Shown here: one piece after another, positions 45,527-60,300 of the stretch
How positions within the stretch are numbered: the stretch's first letter is position 1
Layout: every line of letters starts with the position of its first letter
From: the human T2T-CHM13v2.0 reference genome, Homo sapiens
Strand: one strand, 5' to 3'
DNA: 64,000 bases
Assembly: GCF_009914755.1 (NCBI RefSeq)
Contig: NC_060935.1
Notes under the pieces: generated by a model
What the model saw: only the letters and a program-made list of their open reading frames with translations
Database searches by the model: none
What the model was told of the DNA's origin: nothing
Translations under genes and position numbers: made by a program

Positions 45527-47877
45527 AATACTTGATAAGTTCTCACATGAAAATACAGGATAAGGAACATTATTGATAATTGATAAGATTTGCATACCTG
45601 TAAATTAGATATTACATCAACATTCATTTCATTTTTTTAAAAAACTATACTGTGGTTATATTTTTAAAAGCCTTATTTTTAGGAACTATACATTAAAATA
45701 TTTTGAGGAAAAGATGCATCATATCTGCTATCTGCAATTCATTTCAAATGTTTCAAAAAAATGTATATATGTACAGAAATAACAATAAAGCAAGAATGAT
45801 AAACTGTCAACATTTAAGGAATCTGGGTGAATTCCTTAGTCTCACAACTTTTCAGTACACCTAAAAGTATTTTTAAATGAATAGTTAAAAATACAAAACA
45901 TAAGATGGGAGAAATCTGACTTTTTCAGAAATTCTGGTGAAAAGATCTAAGAATTTAAATTTTATTGTGGTCACACAAAAATTTAATATGCTTTATGGTT
46001 CATTTATAAAAGTATAGTTTTAACAACAAGAAAAGTTATAATGTCTCTGCATTAATTATTTCACAATTGAACTGTTCAGATGAAGGCTGAATTTTCAAGA
46101 GCATCTTAAAAGACTATTTCCTGAAAAGCAAAATATACGACAACCTTCCTCTTGCTTCAGCACGTCAGATTCCTAGACAACAATACAGTGAGCATTTACT
46201 GAGGCCTCATCACGTTCCTGGGATTAAACTAGGTGTTTTCTATATATTATTTTATCTTTCTAGCAATCCTTTGGGTTAGGTATTTTATTCTTCTCTGACT
46301 CTCTAAGGTTACTTTCAACTCCAACACAATCAGATTCTATAGTATTATCTGAATAAGATCAGCCTCAACCTTGGAAGTACTTATGACAACCTTAATTCTC
46401 CCATTTATATTTTAAATTGTAACTTCTACTCCAAGAAAAAAATTGTCAACTTTTATATTTCAGTTAATAAAATTTGGGCAGTGCAACCCACTTCCTGAGT
46501 TTCAGTATGGGAAACTCTTACACTATTGTCTACCTTAGACTCAGAACCTGAGTCATGATTGGTTTCATTTTTATCATATTGCAAAAACCAAATGCCTAAG
46601 ATATTGAATGACTTGCCCAAGTGAAACAGCTAGTTAGTTTTATAGCTGGGGCAAGAACTTAGTCTAATGTTGCTCTTTCTGTTGTTTTGTGGGGTTGTTT
46701 TGCTGTATGAAAGTAATATGTTTTAGCTTTGTAGATTCTATTTGAAATTTGAGACACAGACCCTACTTAGCATTCTGAAAGTGAGATATTTTTATAAAAG
46801 TGTCAGGTAAGTTGATTTAACAAAGATGCAGCCATTCCCAATAGCTAGAAAGGATGTGTTCTTGTTTTTTATTTATTAAGCATGCACATACGACTCCAGT
46901 GAGTCTTTGTCATCTCGCCTTTCTTATAGCTCACAAGTGGCTATGTGCTTCACAATAACCCCATTTTGTACAAGTTGAAATATATGCATCATTCTCCAAT
47001 ATGTTGATTGATAAGTTCTAGTAGTGTATTAGCTGTAAAATTTTTCAAAGGAAAGATTTACGCTTTTTGCATTTGTGTGTGTGTGTGTGCACGCCCATGT
47101 GTGTGTTTACCAAACAAATTATTCTCTAGCTCTTAAGCATCAGGAAAATAAATTCAGACTCTATCTTTGCAACTAAAACTACCCCCCCAAATCCCATTAC
47201 ACTCAGTCTAGCCAGAGAGGATTACCTTGACAGAAGATTCCAGCAATTGGGTAGTAGATTATAGTATTATTATTAGGGTTTTAACTAAGGCCAATCATTG
47301 TTTTAAGAGAGATAATACACGAGTATCTAAATCCACTAATTCCTACCTCAATTACTCTAAGCAAGTTTACAGCCTTTCTAAGCCCCAGTTCCACCTGCAA
47401 GAGGAGAATAAATAATTGTATTTACCATATAGGAATGTTATGAGGATCAAATAAGATAACATATATAAAAAGCTTCGTACAGTATGTGACATACAATAAT
47501 CATTTATTAAATAATCAATTATGATCATGATGCTTCAGAAGACTTCTGGCTTGAAGAACCACTCCTGATGTTAGTATCTAAAAGTCACTTAGTTTGTGGT
47601 TATGTAGGGCTATTAAAACTACTTCAGACCAATCAACCTTGGATCAGTCAGTTTAATCCAACAGCGATTCTAATATATTAGCTGCATACAATGTTTTTGT
47701 CTCATAAAAGATCCTCTCCTGGGTATAAGAAAGAGTGACGAAAGATCACCATTTTTTGCCAGGTTTGGCATGAGAACCTAGAATTTAAGCTCACTCAACT
47801 GAAATAATCAAGAACACATAAATAAATTCAGTAAATAAAATAATGTTATTAGATTTTAAAATTTACTAGAGTAAGCA

Positions 47878-49019
47878 TAGTCATGTATTTCTTAATGATG
47901 AGGATAAGTTCTATTAAATGCATCCTTCAGCAATTTCATTGTGTGAACATCATAGAGTATGCTTACACAAACTTAGATGGTATAGCTTACTATACACCTA
48001 AGGCATATGGTATAGCCTATTGCTCCTAGGCTGTAGACATACACAACATGATACTGTACTGAATACTGTAGGTAATTGTAACACAGTGCTATTTGTGTAT
48101 CTGAACATAGAAAAATTACAGTAAAGATATAGTCAGTATAAAAGATAAAAAAATGGTATACCTCTACAGGGCAGTTAACAGGAACAGAGCTTGCAGGGCT
48201 GGAAGTTCTGGGTGAGTCACTGAGTGATTGCCAAGTGAATGTGAAGGCCTATGACTTTATTGTACACTGTCATAGACTTTATAACTGTATACTTAGGCTA
48301 TATTACATTTATAAAAACAATTTTTTCTCTAATAAACTTAGCTTACTGTAACTGTTTTACTTTATAAACTTTAAATTTTATCTCTTTTGTAATAACACTT
48401 AAAACATACATAATACAGATTAAAAAAACATTTTCTTTATATCTGTATTCTATAAACTTTTTAATATTTTTTATTTTATTTTGTTTGCTTTTTAAACTGT
48501 TTTGTTAGAAACTAAGTCACAAACATCCACATTAGCATAGGCTTAGGCCTAGGTCAGGATCATCAATATCAGTCTTCCATCTCCACATCCTGTCTCACTA
48601 GAGGGTCTACAGGGGCAATCATACACATAGAGCTATCATCTCTTGTGATAATAATGCCGCCTTCTGGAAGCCCTTCTGAAGGACATGCCTGAAGTTGTTT
48701 TACAGTTAACTGTTATTCTGTAAGTAGGAGTACACTAAAATAATTACTAAAAGAATAGTAAATACATAAGCCAAATAACAGTCATTTGTTACCATTATCA
48801 ATTAAGTACTGTACATTATACGTTTATACAACTAGCAGAACAGGTTTGTTTACACCAGCATCACCACAAATACGTGAGTAACATATTGCATTACAACATT
48901 CTAATGGCTACAACATTACTAGGCAATAGGAATTTTTCAGTTCCATAATAATCTCAGGGGGCCACCATCAGATATGTAGTCCATGGTGGACTGAAATGTC
49001 ATTATGCAGCTCATGACTG
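47878..49019. mobile_element. Tigger3/Golem DNA transposon deletion derivative (~1.15 kb)
   Basis: Termini (t)agtcatg...catgactg followed by TA; internal acacaaacttagatggtatagcttactatacaccta and actgaatactgtaggtaattgtaacac motifs. Confidence 0.85.
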
Positions 49020-49391
49020 TAAATTATGAATTCATATTGCCACAAATTTTGTAATTTTTGCTCCATTTTCTGAACTATGCACTATCAAAATTATTTTATT
49101 TTTTATATCTGAATTTGGAATACTTTCATCATTGGTGAAAATTAAATCTCATGATTGGATGTGTTTGTTAGACATGACATCACCTTTTCAATACAATATC
49201 TCATATATACTTGTCCCTTCTATATAACTTTGGGAACCTCAGATAATGTCTGATTTTATAAATATAAAGAACACTCTCATCAGAAACAGGAGCGATCTTG
49301 CACTCATTAGTCTTACATACTAAAAACAATTCTGTCCTAGCTCAAGCAAAACCAAGATAATTTGCTCCATTTGATGCTTCTTTTTTCACAG

Positions 49392-49495
49392 GTGGAAAAA
49401 TCACAAGTGCACAGTCGACCCTTCACTCTCTCTCCACATCTTCGTCATCAGTCACCTTGCTCTTGGCATTGATGATTCCTTCAACTTCCTGGTGA
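49392..49495 (+). CDS. CNTN5: Contactin-5 terminal coding exon, GPI-anchor signal: [34 protein letters not shown]
   Basis: ttcttttttcacAG acceptor; Ser-rich spacer then hydrophobic C-terminus; TGA at 49493-49495. Confidence 0.96.
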
Positions 49496-52160
49496 AAACT
49501 GCTGACTTAATTTGCTTTTGTTTGCTTTAGCTTGGTAACAGCGGTGAATAGAGTGTAGTGTAAGTGGAGAACCAGGATCCTGAGATGAGCTTGAGCTTTA
49601 AAAACTTGGGACTATACATGGTGAACTTACAGGAGGTTAGGGGGGAAATATTACTTATCCATCAGGTTTCTCTTTGGTTTTTGTAAACGGAGAGGACAGT
49701 TCTTAGTCCAGTAAAAATATGCAGATTGTATGTAATGAATTTTTGTAAACAAAGGTAATTTCTGTCAAATGTATTCTTTACTTTTTTAATATGTTGGGAT
49801 TTTATTTTATATCTGATGACTCCGAGTGTGTGCCATCCATTTGTTAAGTAACTGGCCTTTAGCAGATCTGTTTCAAAAACAAATACAAAAATGAGAATGA
49901 AAAGTTTGCTTAAGACTAAGTCCAGTGTTTTTCATTTTCCCTTTGGCTGAATATTTCAATTGACAAACCAGCAGGACATATGAAAAATGCTTCAGTGATG
50001 TGGTCCATTATAAGATAAGTACACAAAAATTTTCTTGAAAAATATTGTATGATTGCATAGTGAAATAGCAAGATTTGTCAATATGCTATTCTATATGCAC
50101 CCCTAGAGCAAGTCATTAGGGTAGGGAATAAGCCATTTACATTAGTGCAAGATAGAAAGCGAGTCCAGATGAATTTCAGTGCTATAGTTTTTCATAAAGT
50201 ACTATGTTATCTAGCAGCAAATATAATAAATATTTATTTTTAATAACAAAAGATGGTTTAACATCACCAAAAAATATGATCACTAAAAACTGCAGACATG
50301 CTGGCATGGGTGCTAACTTAAAAATGAGATGAATATGGGACAGAGCGTTTCCATTTCTTTACCTACTGCCAAAACAGATGTTGAATTAGGTCCAAGGTTT
50401 TCTTCTAATTGCAAAATTTTGCAAAAATTTTAAGGGCAATGAAAATTTGTTGTGCAAATAATTATGCATAGTCTGTAGATTAAAATGGTTCAAGTATAAC
50501 AAATAAGTTTTGATTTTTAAAAACAGTTCCATGCATCACATACCACTGATAAAATCAACTAGTAAAATAAAGACAGTCTTTCTTGGATAAATTGAATTTT
50601 TAATTAAGCTGTGGAAACATGGCATCAGTACAGGGATTCAGCTAGTCTAGCCAGCTATGCACTGTTTGATTCTGTGGCTTGGGAAGTAATCCTTATTTGC
50701 TATTTCAAAGAGTCATCTTGAGCCTGAGAGATCCTAGAGAGTTGTTGGAAAATGAGATGAAAATTTTCTACTTGATGATATCTTAAAGAAGTTCTAACAA
50801 GCACAAGAATGTGCCAGAGTTGGCATCATACCCATGAAGATGCGTGAAAGGATAGTTATTGCAAAGTCATATGCCAGAGAAGAGCCTGGAGAAACTATGG
50901 TTTTATAGGCGATGTTAACAAGAGAACAAAAATTGGTTTTATAATTTTATATAATTTAAACTTGTTAACTGTATTTGCTTCATTAATAACAAGCAAAATG
51001 AAACAATATGGAGCTCAAATTGCTAGCTCTCAAGGTTAATCCTTGTAGAATCAGAGAAGTGATTGAAGTTTCTGTTCTGAACATCCTGAAAGAATAGTTT
51101 CAGAGCCACAGTAAAAGTCTGTATGTAGGTTACATATTCTCTTTGGGGAAATGATGTAAGACACCCTAAACAAACAAGAAATTAGTTAAAAGACTCACTC
51201 AATGATATTATAGTAAATACTACAGATGGTAAGTATTTAAGCCTGTAAGTAAGTAATTATGACCAAGTGGCCTTTCTTGAACGCCTCCTTTAAAGTGGGA
51301 GAGGCTGGACTTTGCAAAAACAGGGATGCTAATTGTTTAGCTGGCAAAACATGAGCTCTCCCAAGTATAGTTTACCTTTATGAATTGTGCATCTGAATAA
51401 AAGACAGAAAGAATATTTTTAATGCAAAATAATTTTACGTATTTCATGAATCAAGCCATTTTCTTCATTTTCCATGGTGGTGTACACCAGATTTAGTGAA
51501 GGACTTTAAGAATCAACTTCTTACTTACACTCTCAGAAAGCAAAGCCCAGTAAAATATTAAACAAATAAAATGGCAAATTTAAATTAACCAATATTTTTA
51601 ATTAGCTGATGGATGGTACGTATCTGACAGAGTATTTACACATATAGAATGTCTGATGTATTCTTACAGGAATCAGAGATATGGAATGTTTTTACTTAAC
51701 ATACACAGAATATGTATTTTGCATCATAAACCTATTTAAAAAACAGGTTTTCAATGTTTATGTACTTATGTGCTGCATATCTGTTACTTTGTAGAAACCA
51801 GAAGAGCATTCTTATCAAGGTACATTATTTTTCAGCTACAGTACTGAGTTTTTTCTGCTATGGGATAGTAACCACAGTCTTAAATCACTAAAGAGACTGT
51901 ATTTTTGTATAATGTCCATTGAATATGAAGAAAGCAACAGTCCTTATAATTAGAAATTTCATGAAAGCAAAAGTTTTGCATACCCAAATGAAGGTACTGT
52001 GGACCCCATGTCAAACTGTTAAATATATTGTGTACGATCTGTATATATACTATATATAAGGCATATACCGTGTGGAAGGCACAGTCAAATAATAGTTCTG
52101 TGTACTGTTCTTGTAACATTAGATCTTTTTAATAAATAATTCTCTTTTTATTGACTTTTA
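49496..52160 (+). other. CNTN5: CNTN5 3' UTR (~2.65 kb; 3' end inferred)
   Basis: AT-rich sequence with no obvious interspersed repeats after the stop codon, ending at an AATAAA followed by a U-rich tract; repeat fragments resume by ~52500. Confidence 0.75.
52131..52136 (+). terminator. Probable distal polyadenylation signal of CNTN5
   Basis: AATAAA with upstream TGTA motifs (e.g. 52101, 52112) and downstream T-rich tctctttttattgacttttatc. Other AATAAA at 50225, 50566, 51396 and 51565 are possible proximal sites. Confidence 0.7.
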
Positions 52161-55087
52161 TCTTCTCTCCTGTCAACTATATGAATGACATTATTTATTT
52201 TATGCAGACCACAGAATGCCAACGATTACAGTCTGATTTTAACACTGAAATATCATTATGTTATGCTGTTATGATTTGAGGTTCAAAAATCTCCAGAAAT
52301 GTCCACGGTAGTCCCAACTTGAAAATTTGAAGCTATATCAAAAAATAAAACAAGAAATGAAGCAAATCCAGATGGGATAAGTTCGGGGTTAAACTCATGA
52401 TTTTCTTTTCAGGAAAAGAGACTACATGAAATCAGTTTCATAAAGAATTTGTTAAATGCATACTTCTGCTTTTATTATAAACAGTTAATCCCAATCTATT
52501 CTAAGTACAATTCTCATAGGCATTGACTCTTTTTTTGTCCCTTAGCCCTGTTATACATCTCAACTATACCAATAATCACATTATAATGATTTGTTTTAAA
52601 CGCTTCTCTCCAACTATCTAGTCACTGGGATTGCCCAGGGAAAAATACATTATTCTTGGAATTTCTCTCACCAGTGTCTAGCACAGTATCTAACACATAT
52701 CAAATGAGCAATAAATTGTCAGCCTTAAAATTTCCTTTGGAACGAGCTCCCCAAAACTGGGTAATCGTCCAACACAGCTGGGAACCCAAATCTCCAAGTT
52801 CTCATTCAGTAGGTCCGAGACTAGGAAACCCTTGTTTTTAAAATCTTCTCAAACACAAAATAATACAACTCTATTAAAGGAAATTTGGCAATATCTAGTA
52901 AAATTTTATATGGATTTGCCCTTTTACCTAGGATATCCATACCTAGGGATCTATCTATTCCTAAAATAGATACAAAAATATGCAATGTTAAGTGGATAAA
53001 ACAAGATACAGAAGAGTGAATGTATGACCCTTTTGTGTAAAATACAAACACATTTACTAATATTCTGAAGAAGAAATAATGCAAGCATAAACTAATGACT
53101 AATAAAAAAGTGTTACCGATTGAGGAGGGAGAGAATGGGATGCGGGAACAAATATGCAAGCAAACTCTTTTTCAATGTACAGTACTTTTTCATAGTTTTG
53201 ATTTTGGAACTACACAAATGTTTTAGATGAAATTAAACTTTAAACCAAAAGGAAAAAAAAAACAAAGCAATCTCCTAACATTGAGAATAAATAGAAGCAA
53301 ATGAACCTGAATATCTATCAACCAAACGGTGGGTAAATTGTAATTTTGCTCTTTTTTTAAACTTTTATTTTAGATTCAGGGGGTACATGTACAGGTTTGA
53401 TACCTGGGTATACTGCATGATGCTGGTTTGGGGCGTTAATGATCCTGTTACCCAGGTACTGAGCACAGTACACAATAGTTAGCTTTTCAACCTTTATAAC
53501 CCAGCTCTCTCTCCCAGCTCTCCCTCTCTCCCAGCTCTAGCAGTACCAAATTTCTGTTATTGCTGTGATTGTGTCAATGAGTACTTAATGTTTAGCTCCC
53601 ACTTATAAGTAAGAACATGTGGTATTTGGTTTCCGATCCTGCATTAATTCACTTAGGATCATGGCCTCTAGCAACATTCATGTTGCCATAAAGGACATGA
53701 TTTTGTTCATTTTATGGCTGTATAGTACTCCGTGGCTTATATGTACCACATTTTCTTTATCCATGTATTGTTGATGGGCACCTAGACTGATTGATTCCAT
53801 TTCTGTGCTATTGGGAGCAGTGCTGTGATGCACATGTGAGTGTCTGTGTCTTTTTGGCAGAATGATTTCTTTTGGATATATACCCAGTAATGGGATTGCT
53901 GGGTCAAATGGTAGTTCTAAGTTCTTTGAGAACTGCTTTCCAAACTGCTTTCCACAGTGGCCAAAATAATTTACATTCCCCTCAACAGTGCATAAGTATT
54001 CCCTTTTCTCCACAGCCTCACCAGCATCTGTTGTTTTTTGACTTTTTAATAATAGCCATTCTAACTGGTGTGAGATGGTATCTCATTGTGGTTTTGATTT
54101 GCATTGCTCTGATAATTAGTGATATGGAGAATTTTTCATGTTTATTGACCACGTGTATGTCTTCTTTTGAGAAGTGTCTATTCATGTCTTTTGCTCATTT
54201 TTTGATGAGGTTATTTTTTGCTTGTTCAATTATTTAAGTTCCATATAGATTCTGGATATTAAACCTTTGTTGGATGCAAAGTTTGTGAATATTGTCTCCT
54301 GTTCAGTAGGTTGTTTACTCTGTTGATAGTTTCTTTTACCATCCAGAAGTTCTTTTGTTTAATTAGGTCCCACTTGCCAATTTTTGTTTTTGTTGCAGTT
54401 GCTTTTGAAGACTTAGTCATGAATTCTTTCCCAAGGCCAACATCCAGAAAGGTTTCCTAGATTTTCTACTAGGATTCATATGGTTTGAGGTCTTACATTT
54501 AAATCTTTAATCCATTTTAATTTTTTATGGTAAAAAGTAGGGATCCAGTTTCATTCCTCTGCATATGGCTAGCTAGCTAGCTATCCCAGCAACATTTATA
54601 GATTACGGAGTCCATTCTCCATTGCTTATTTTTGCCAACTTTGTCAAAGGCCAGATGGCTGTAGGTGTTTGGCTTTATTTCTGGGTTCTCTATTCTATTC
54701 CATTGATCTATGTGTCTGTTTCTGTACCTGTACCATGCCATTTTTGTTACCATAGCCTTACAGTATTGTTTGAAGTCAGGTAATCTTAAGTCTTTGTCTT
54801 TGTTCTTTTTGCTTAGGATTGCTTTGGCTTTCTTGGCTCATTTTTGGTTCCCAATGAATTTTAGAATAGTTTTTTCTAGTTCTGTGAAAAATGACATTGG
54901 TTAATAGGAATAGCATTGAATCCATAGACTGCTTTGGGTGGTATGCCCATTTTAATGATATTGTTTCTTCCAGTCCATGAGAATGTACTGTTTCTCCATT
55001 TGTTTGTGTCATCGATGATTTCTTTTAGCAATGTTTTGTAGTTCTCCTTTAGAGATCTTTCATCAGCTTGGTTAGATGTATTCCTTA

Positions 55088-55127
55088 GTGTGTGTGTGTG
55101 TGTGTATGTGTGTGTGTATGTGTGTGT
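55088..55127 (+). repeat. Interrupted (TG)n microsatellite inside the L1
   Basis: gtgtgtgtgtgtgtgtgtatgtgtgtgtgtatgtgtgtgt. Confidence 0.9.
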
Positions 55128-55398
55128 CTATTATAAATAGGAATACATTCGTGGTTTGCCTCTCCTGTTGAACATTATTGTTGTATAGAAGTGGTACTAG
55201 TTTTTGTACAATCATTTTGTATACTGAAAACTTTACTGAAGTCATTTATCAGTTCTAGGAGCCTTTTGTCAGAGTCTTTAGGGTTTTCTAGGTATAGAAT
55301 CATCTGCAAGAGAGATAGCTTGACTTCTTATTTTCCTGTTTGGATGCCTTTTACTTCTTTCTCTTGCCCGATTGCTCTGGCCAGTACTTCCAGTACTA

Positions 55399-55565
<167 letters not shown>

Positions 55566-56889
55566 TTAGCTGTGGGTTTGTCATAGATGGCTATTATTTT
55601 GAGATGTTCCTTCAGTGCCTAGCTGGTTGAAGGTTTTTATCATTGAGGGATGTTGGATTCTATCAAAAGATTTTTCAACATTTATTCAGATAATCATACG
55701 GTTTTTGTTTTCAGTTTGGTTTATGTCATGAATTGCATGTATTGATTTGCATATGTTGAATCAATCTTGCATCCCAGGAATAAAGCCAACTTGATTGTGT
55801 GAATTAACTATTTGATGTGCTGCTTATATGATATACTAGCACTTTTTTGAGGATATTTGCATCTGTGCTTATCAGAGATACTTGCCTATTGCTTTCTTTT
55901 TTCATTGTGTCTTTGCCAGGTTTTGGTATCAGAACCTAAATGGCTACCTAAATGCCCAGTATCACTGGCTTCATAGAATGAGTTAGGAAAGAGCTGCCTC
56001 ATCCTCTTTTGGGTGGGATAGTTTCATTAGAATTGGTAACAGTTCTTCTTTGTATGTCTGATAGAATTCAGCTGTGAATTCATCTGGTCCAGGGCTTTTG
56101 TTGTTGGTGGTGTTGGTAAGGTTTTTTTTTGTTTTGTTTTTGTTTTCCATTACTGATTCACTTTGCGAACTCAATATTCGTCTGTTCAGGATTTCAATTA
56201 TTTCTCAATTCAGTCTTAGAAGATTGTGTGTTTCCAGGAATTTATCCATTTCTTCCAGATTTTTTACTTTGTATATATAGAATTGTTCATAATAATCTCT
56301 GAGGATCTTTTGTATTGGTAGAATTGGTTGTAACGTCACCTTTGTCATTGTTGATTAAGCGTATCGAGATCTTCTCCCTTTTTTCTGTGACTCTAGATAA
56401 CTGTCTATTAATCATTTTATTATTTCAAAAAAGTAACTTTTGGTTTCATGGATTCTTTGTGTAGATTTTTGGGTCTTAAATTTGTTTAGTTCTGCTCTGA
56501 TTTTAGTTATTTCTTTACTTTTGCTAGCTTTGGGGTTAGCTTTTCTTTTCTTTTCTCTTGTTTTTTTTTCTCTAGATGTGATATTAGGTATTCATTCAAG
56601 ATCTTTCTCACTTTTTGAGGTAGGCATTTAGAGCTATATCGTTTCCTCTTAACACTGCTTTTGCTGTATTCCAGAGATTTTGGTATGTTTGCCTGTTTTC
56701 ACTTCTAAGATTTTTTTTTATTTATACCTTAATGTTGTTGTTTACCCAAAAGTCATTCATGTGAAAGTTTTTTCTTTTCCATGTAATTGTGTGGTTTTGA
56801 GAGATCTTCCTGGTATTGATTTATATTTTTATTCCCTGTGGTCAAAAAGTACAGTTGGTGTTATTTCAGTTTTTAAAAAATGTATTGAT

Positions 56890-57300
<411 letters not shown>

Positions 57301-60300
57301 TCAGTCCAATTGGTCAGCTGTCAAGTTTTAAGTCCAGAATTTCCTTGTTAGTTTTCTGCCTCAGGGATCTATCTAACACTGACAATGGGATGTTGAAGTA
57401 CCCCACTATTAGGGTGTGGCTAAGTCTTTTTGTAGATCTAAAATTACTTGCTTTATGAATCTGGGTGCTCCAATATTGGGTATATATATATATGCTTAGG
57501 ATAGTTAAGTCTTCTTGAATTGAACCCTTTATGTAATGCCTACCTTTGTTTTTTTATTCTTGTTGGTTTTAATTTTCTTTTATCAGATACAGAATAGTGA
57601 CTCTTCCTCTTTTTTATATTTCATTTTCATGTTAGATCTTTCTCAAACCTTTGAGTTTATAAGTGTTGTTATATGTTAGATGGGCCTCTTGAAAACAGTA
57701 GATAGAAAGGTCCTATTTTACTATCCATCTTGCCACTCTGTGGCTTTTAAGTGGGGTACTTAGACTGTTTCCATTCAAGGTTAATATTGATATGTGAGGT
57801 TTTGATTCTGTTGTGAAGTTGATAACTGGATCTTTTGTAGTTTCTATTGTGTGGTTGCTTTATAGGGTGTCTGGGTTATGTACTTAGGTGTGTTTTTGTG
57901 GTAGCAGGTATCATTCTTTCATTTCTTATGAGTAGTGCTTATGTTTAAACTTCTTAAGGATTTCTTGTAAGGCTGGTCTAATAATAACAAATTATCTTAG
58001 TGCTGAATTGGAAAAGATTTTATTTCTCTTTACTTATGAAGCATAGTTTGATTGTATATTAAACTCTTAATTGGAACTTCTTTAAGAATGCTAAAAAATA
58101 GGTTTCTAATTTCTGCTGGCTTGTAACCTTTCTGCTGAAAAGTCTGTTAACCTGATAGAGTTCCCTTTGTAAATGATCTGACCTTTTTCTCCAGCTGTCT
58201 TTAAGATGCAAACTTTTTCTTCAGGTGCCCTTTTCTTTAGCATTGAACCTGGGTAGTCTAGGGACTATATTCCTTGGTGATGCTCATGCTTTATAGTTTC
58301 TTGCAGGTGTTCTCTTGATTTCTTGTATCTGGATGTCTGTCTCTCTAGCAAGATTAAGAAAATTTTCTTGAGTTATCCCCTCAAATGTGTTTTACAAATT
58401 ATTTGCTTTTTCTCCTTCTCTCTGAGTAATGCCAATAACTAATAGGTTTGGTCACTTTACATAATCCCTTATTTCTCAAAGACTTTTTAATTCTTTTTTT
58501 TTTTAATTTTTGTGTGACTGGGTTAGTTCAAAAGTCCAGTCTTCAGATTAAAATTCTTTTTTCTGCTTTGTCCAGTCTATTGATAAAGCTTTCAACTGTA
58601 TTTTCAAATTCCTTAACTGAGTTTTTCAATTCCAGAAACTCTAATTTATTGTTAAGATGTTTATCTTTTGTTTCTTAGATTGCTTTAGAAGCTTATTTGT
58701 GTTGATTTTTCAACCTTGTTTTAGATCTCATTAAGCTTCCTTGCAATCTATGCTTTAAATTATTTATCTGTCATTTTTGAGTTTCCATTTTGGTTAGGAA
58801 CCATTACTGGAGAGCTAGTGCAATCCGTTAGTGGTGTCAGATCATTGAGATTTTTCATAGTGCCAGAATTTTTGCACTGGTTTCTTCCAGCTGAAGATAC
58901 TGTCACTTCTAATTTTTAAAATTATTTTCATATGGCTAGCAATTTTTTGCATCTCTTTCCCTATGATTTTTGTTTTCACTTTCCTTTTTCCCCTTCCCTA
59001 GGGGGTTACAACTGTAGAGAATGTTGGATAAGGTCTTCTGGCTTTGCTTCTGTAGCCCTATGCACTTGTTTCAGCAGGTTTTATATTGAGCTATGCGGTT
59101 TTACCTACAAACCCATAGATGGTGGTTATAGGTAAAACCCAGCTGTGGTCAATGTGGATTGTATCTATTTGATCTTTGTTTACTGGCAAAAGCTCTGCTG
59201 TCTCAGGTAATTAGCTGATTCATGAAATGCAATCAGCTGAGCTCCCTGATCAGCCCTGGGGGTGTGGGGTCCTCACTGCACATGACCTGTATGCATGGCA
59301 GTTATGCATACAGGTCTCCCAGTGTCAGGCACAACACTTACACTGAGGGAGAATCCAGTGGGTGGCCACCAAGTACCCAGAGCCTAGGCATGGATCTCGG
59401 GAAACTTCTCAGCCCCAAGTTCTCTGCACAGGGATGGTAGTGGTGGCCTAAACTCCTAATCCAGGAGAGTGGATGCTATGGATGCCTGGACTTCTTCCTG
59501 GGTATGAGGCTGAGAGGACTTCCCTGTACTATGAGCTATACCCAGGAAGGTTAGGATGGCTCAGGCTGCTGAACCAGGTGAACAGGTGCCACAAATGCCT
59601 GGAGATCTGCCTGCACACAAGGCAGAGGGGGGCCCCCTGCACCACGATCTATGCCCATGAAGGGTAAGTTAACTCAGGCTACTGGACCAGGAAAGTGAGT
59701 GCTCCAAATGCCTGGATTTCTGCCTAGGGTTAGAGCAAAGAGGGCCTTACTACACCACAATCTCAGTGGAGCAGGCTGGGCACCTAGCAATGGCATACTC
59801 AGTCCAGTGCTAGTTTACCAAGCTGGCTCTAGTTGCAAGTCTTGCCACAAAGGAGAAACTGCAGCTAAAGGAGCTCTTCTCCTACTCCAGGCTTCTTATG
59901 TGGTAGAGCACTATTCCAGCATCTACTGATAGTGTTTTCCACAGTTCTGACTGTGAAGGCCCCTACCCTGCTCCAGAGTGGGTGCCCCAATCTCAGGCCT
60001 GAGATAAAAATACCTCTGCAGCAATGCTGTTGGACTGCCAAAGAATGGCTTAATATGCACCTGGATTAAAAATGGCATCCCATTCTTGGTCTTGGGTCTG
60101 GGAAAATGTCTGCAGTTTTTCCAAGAGCTTTTCCCTCACAGCATCTCCAAGCCTCTCTCCAAGTTGGCTCCAGGGCTTGGGAGAAACAAAGTGCCGTCCC
60201 TCTCTCCCAAGCCCTGGAGCTAACTTGGGGAGAGAGAGTCACAGAGAGATGTGCTCTGTCTCCCACACTGGGGCTTCACTCACTTTTATCAGCTGAACAT

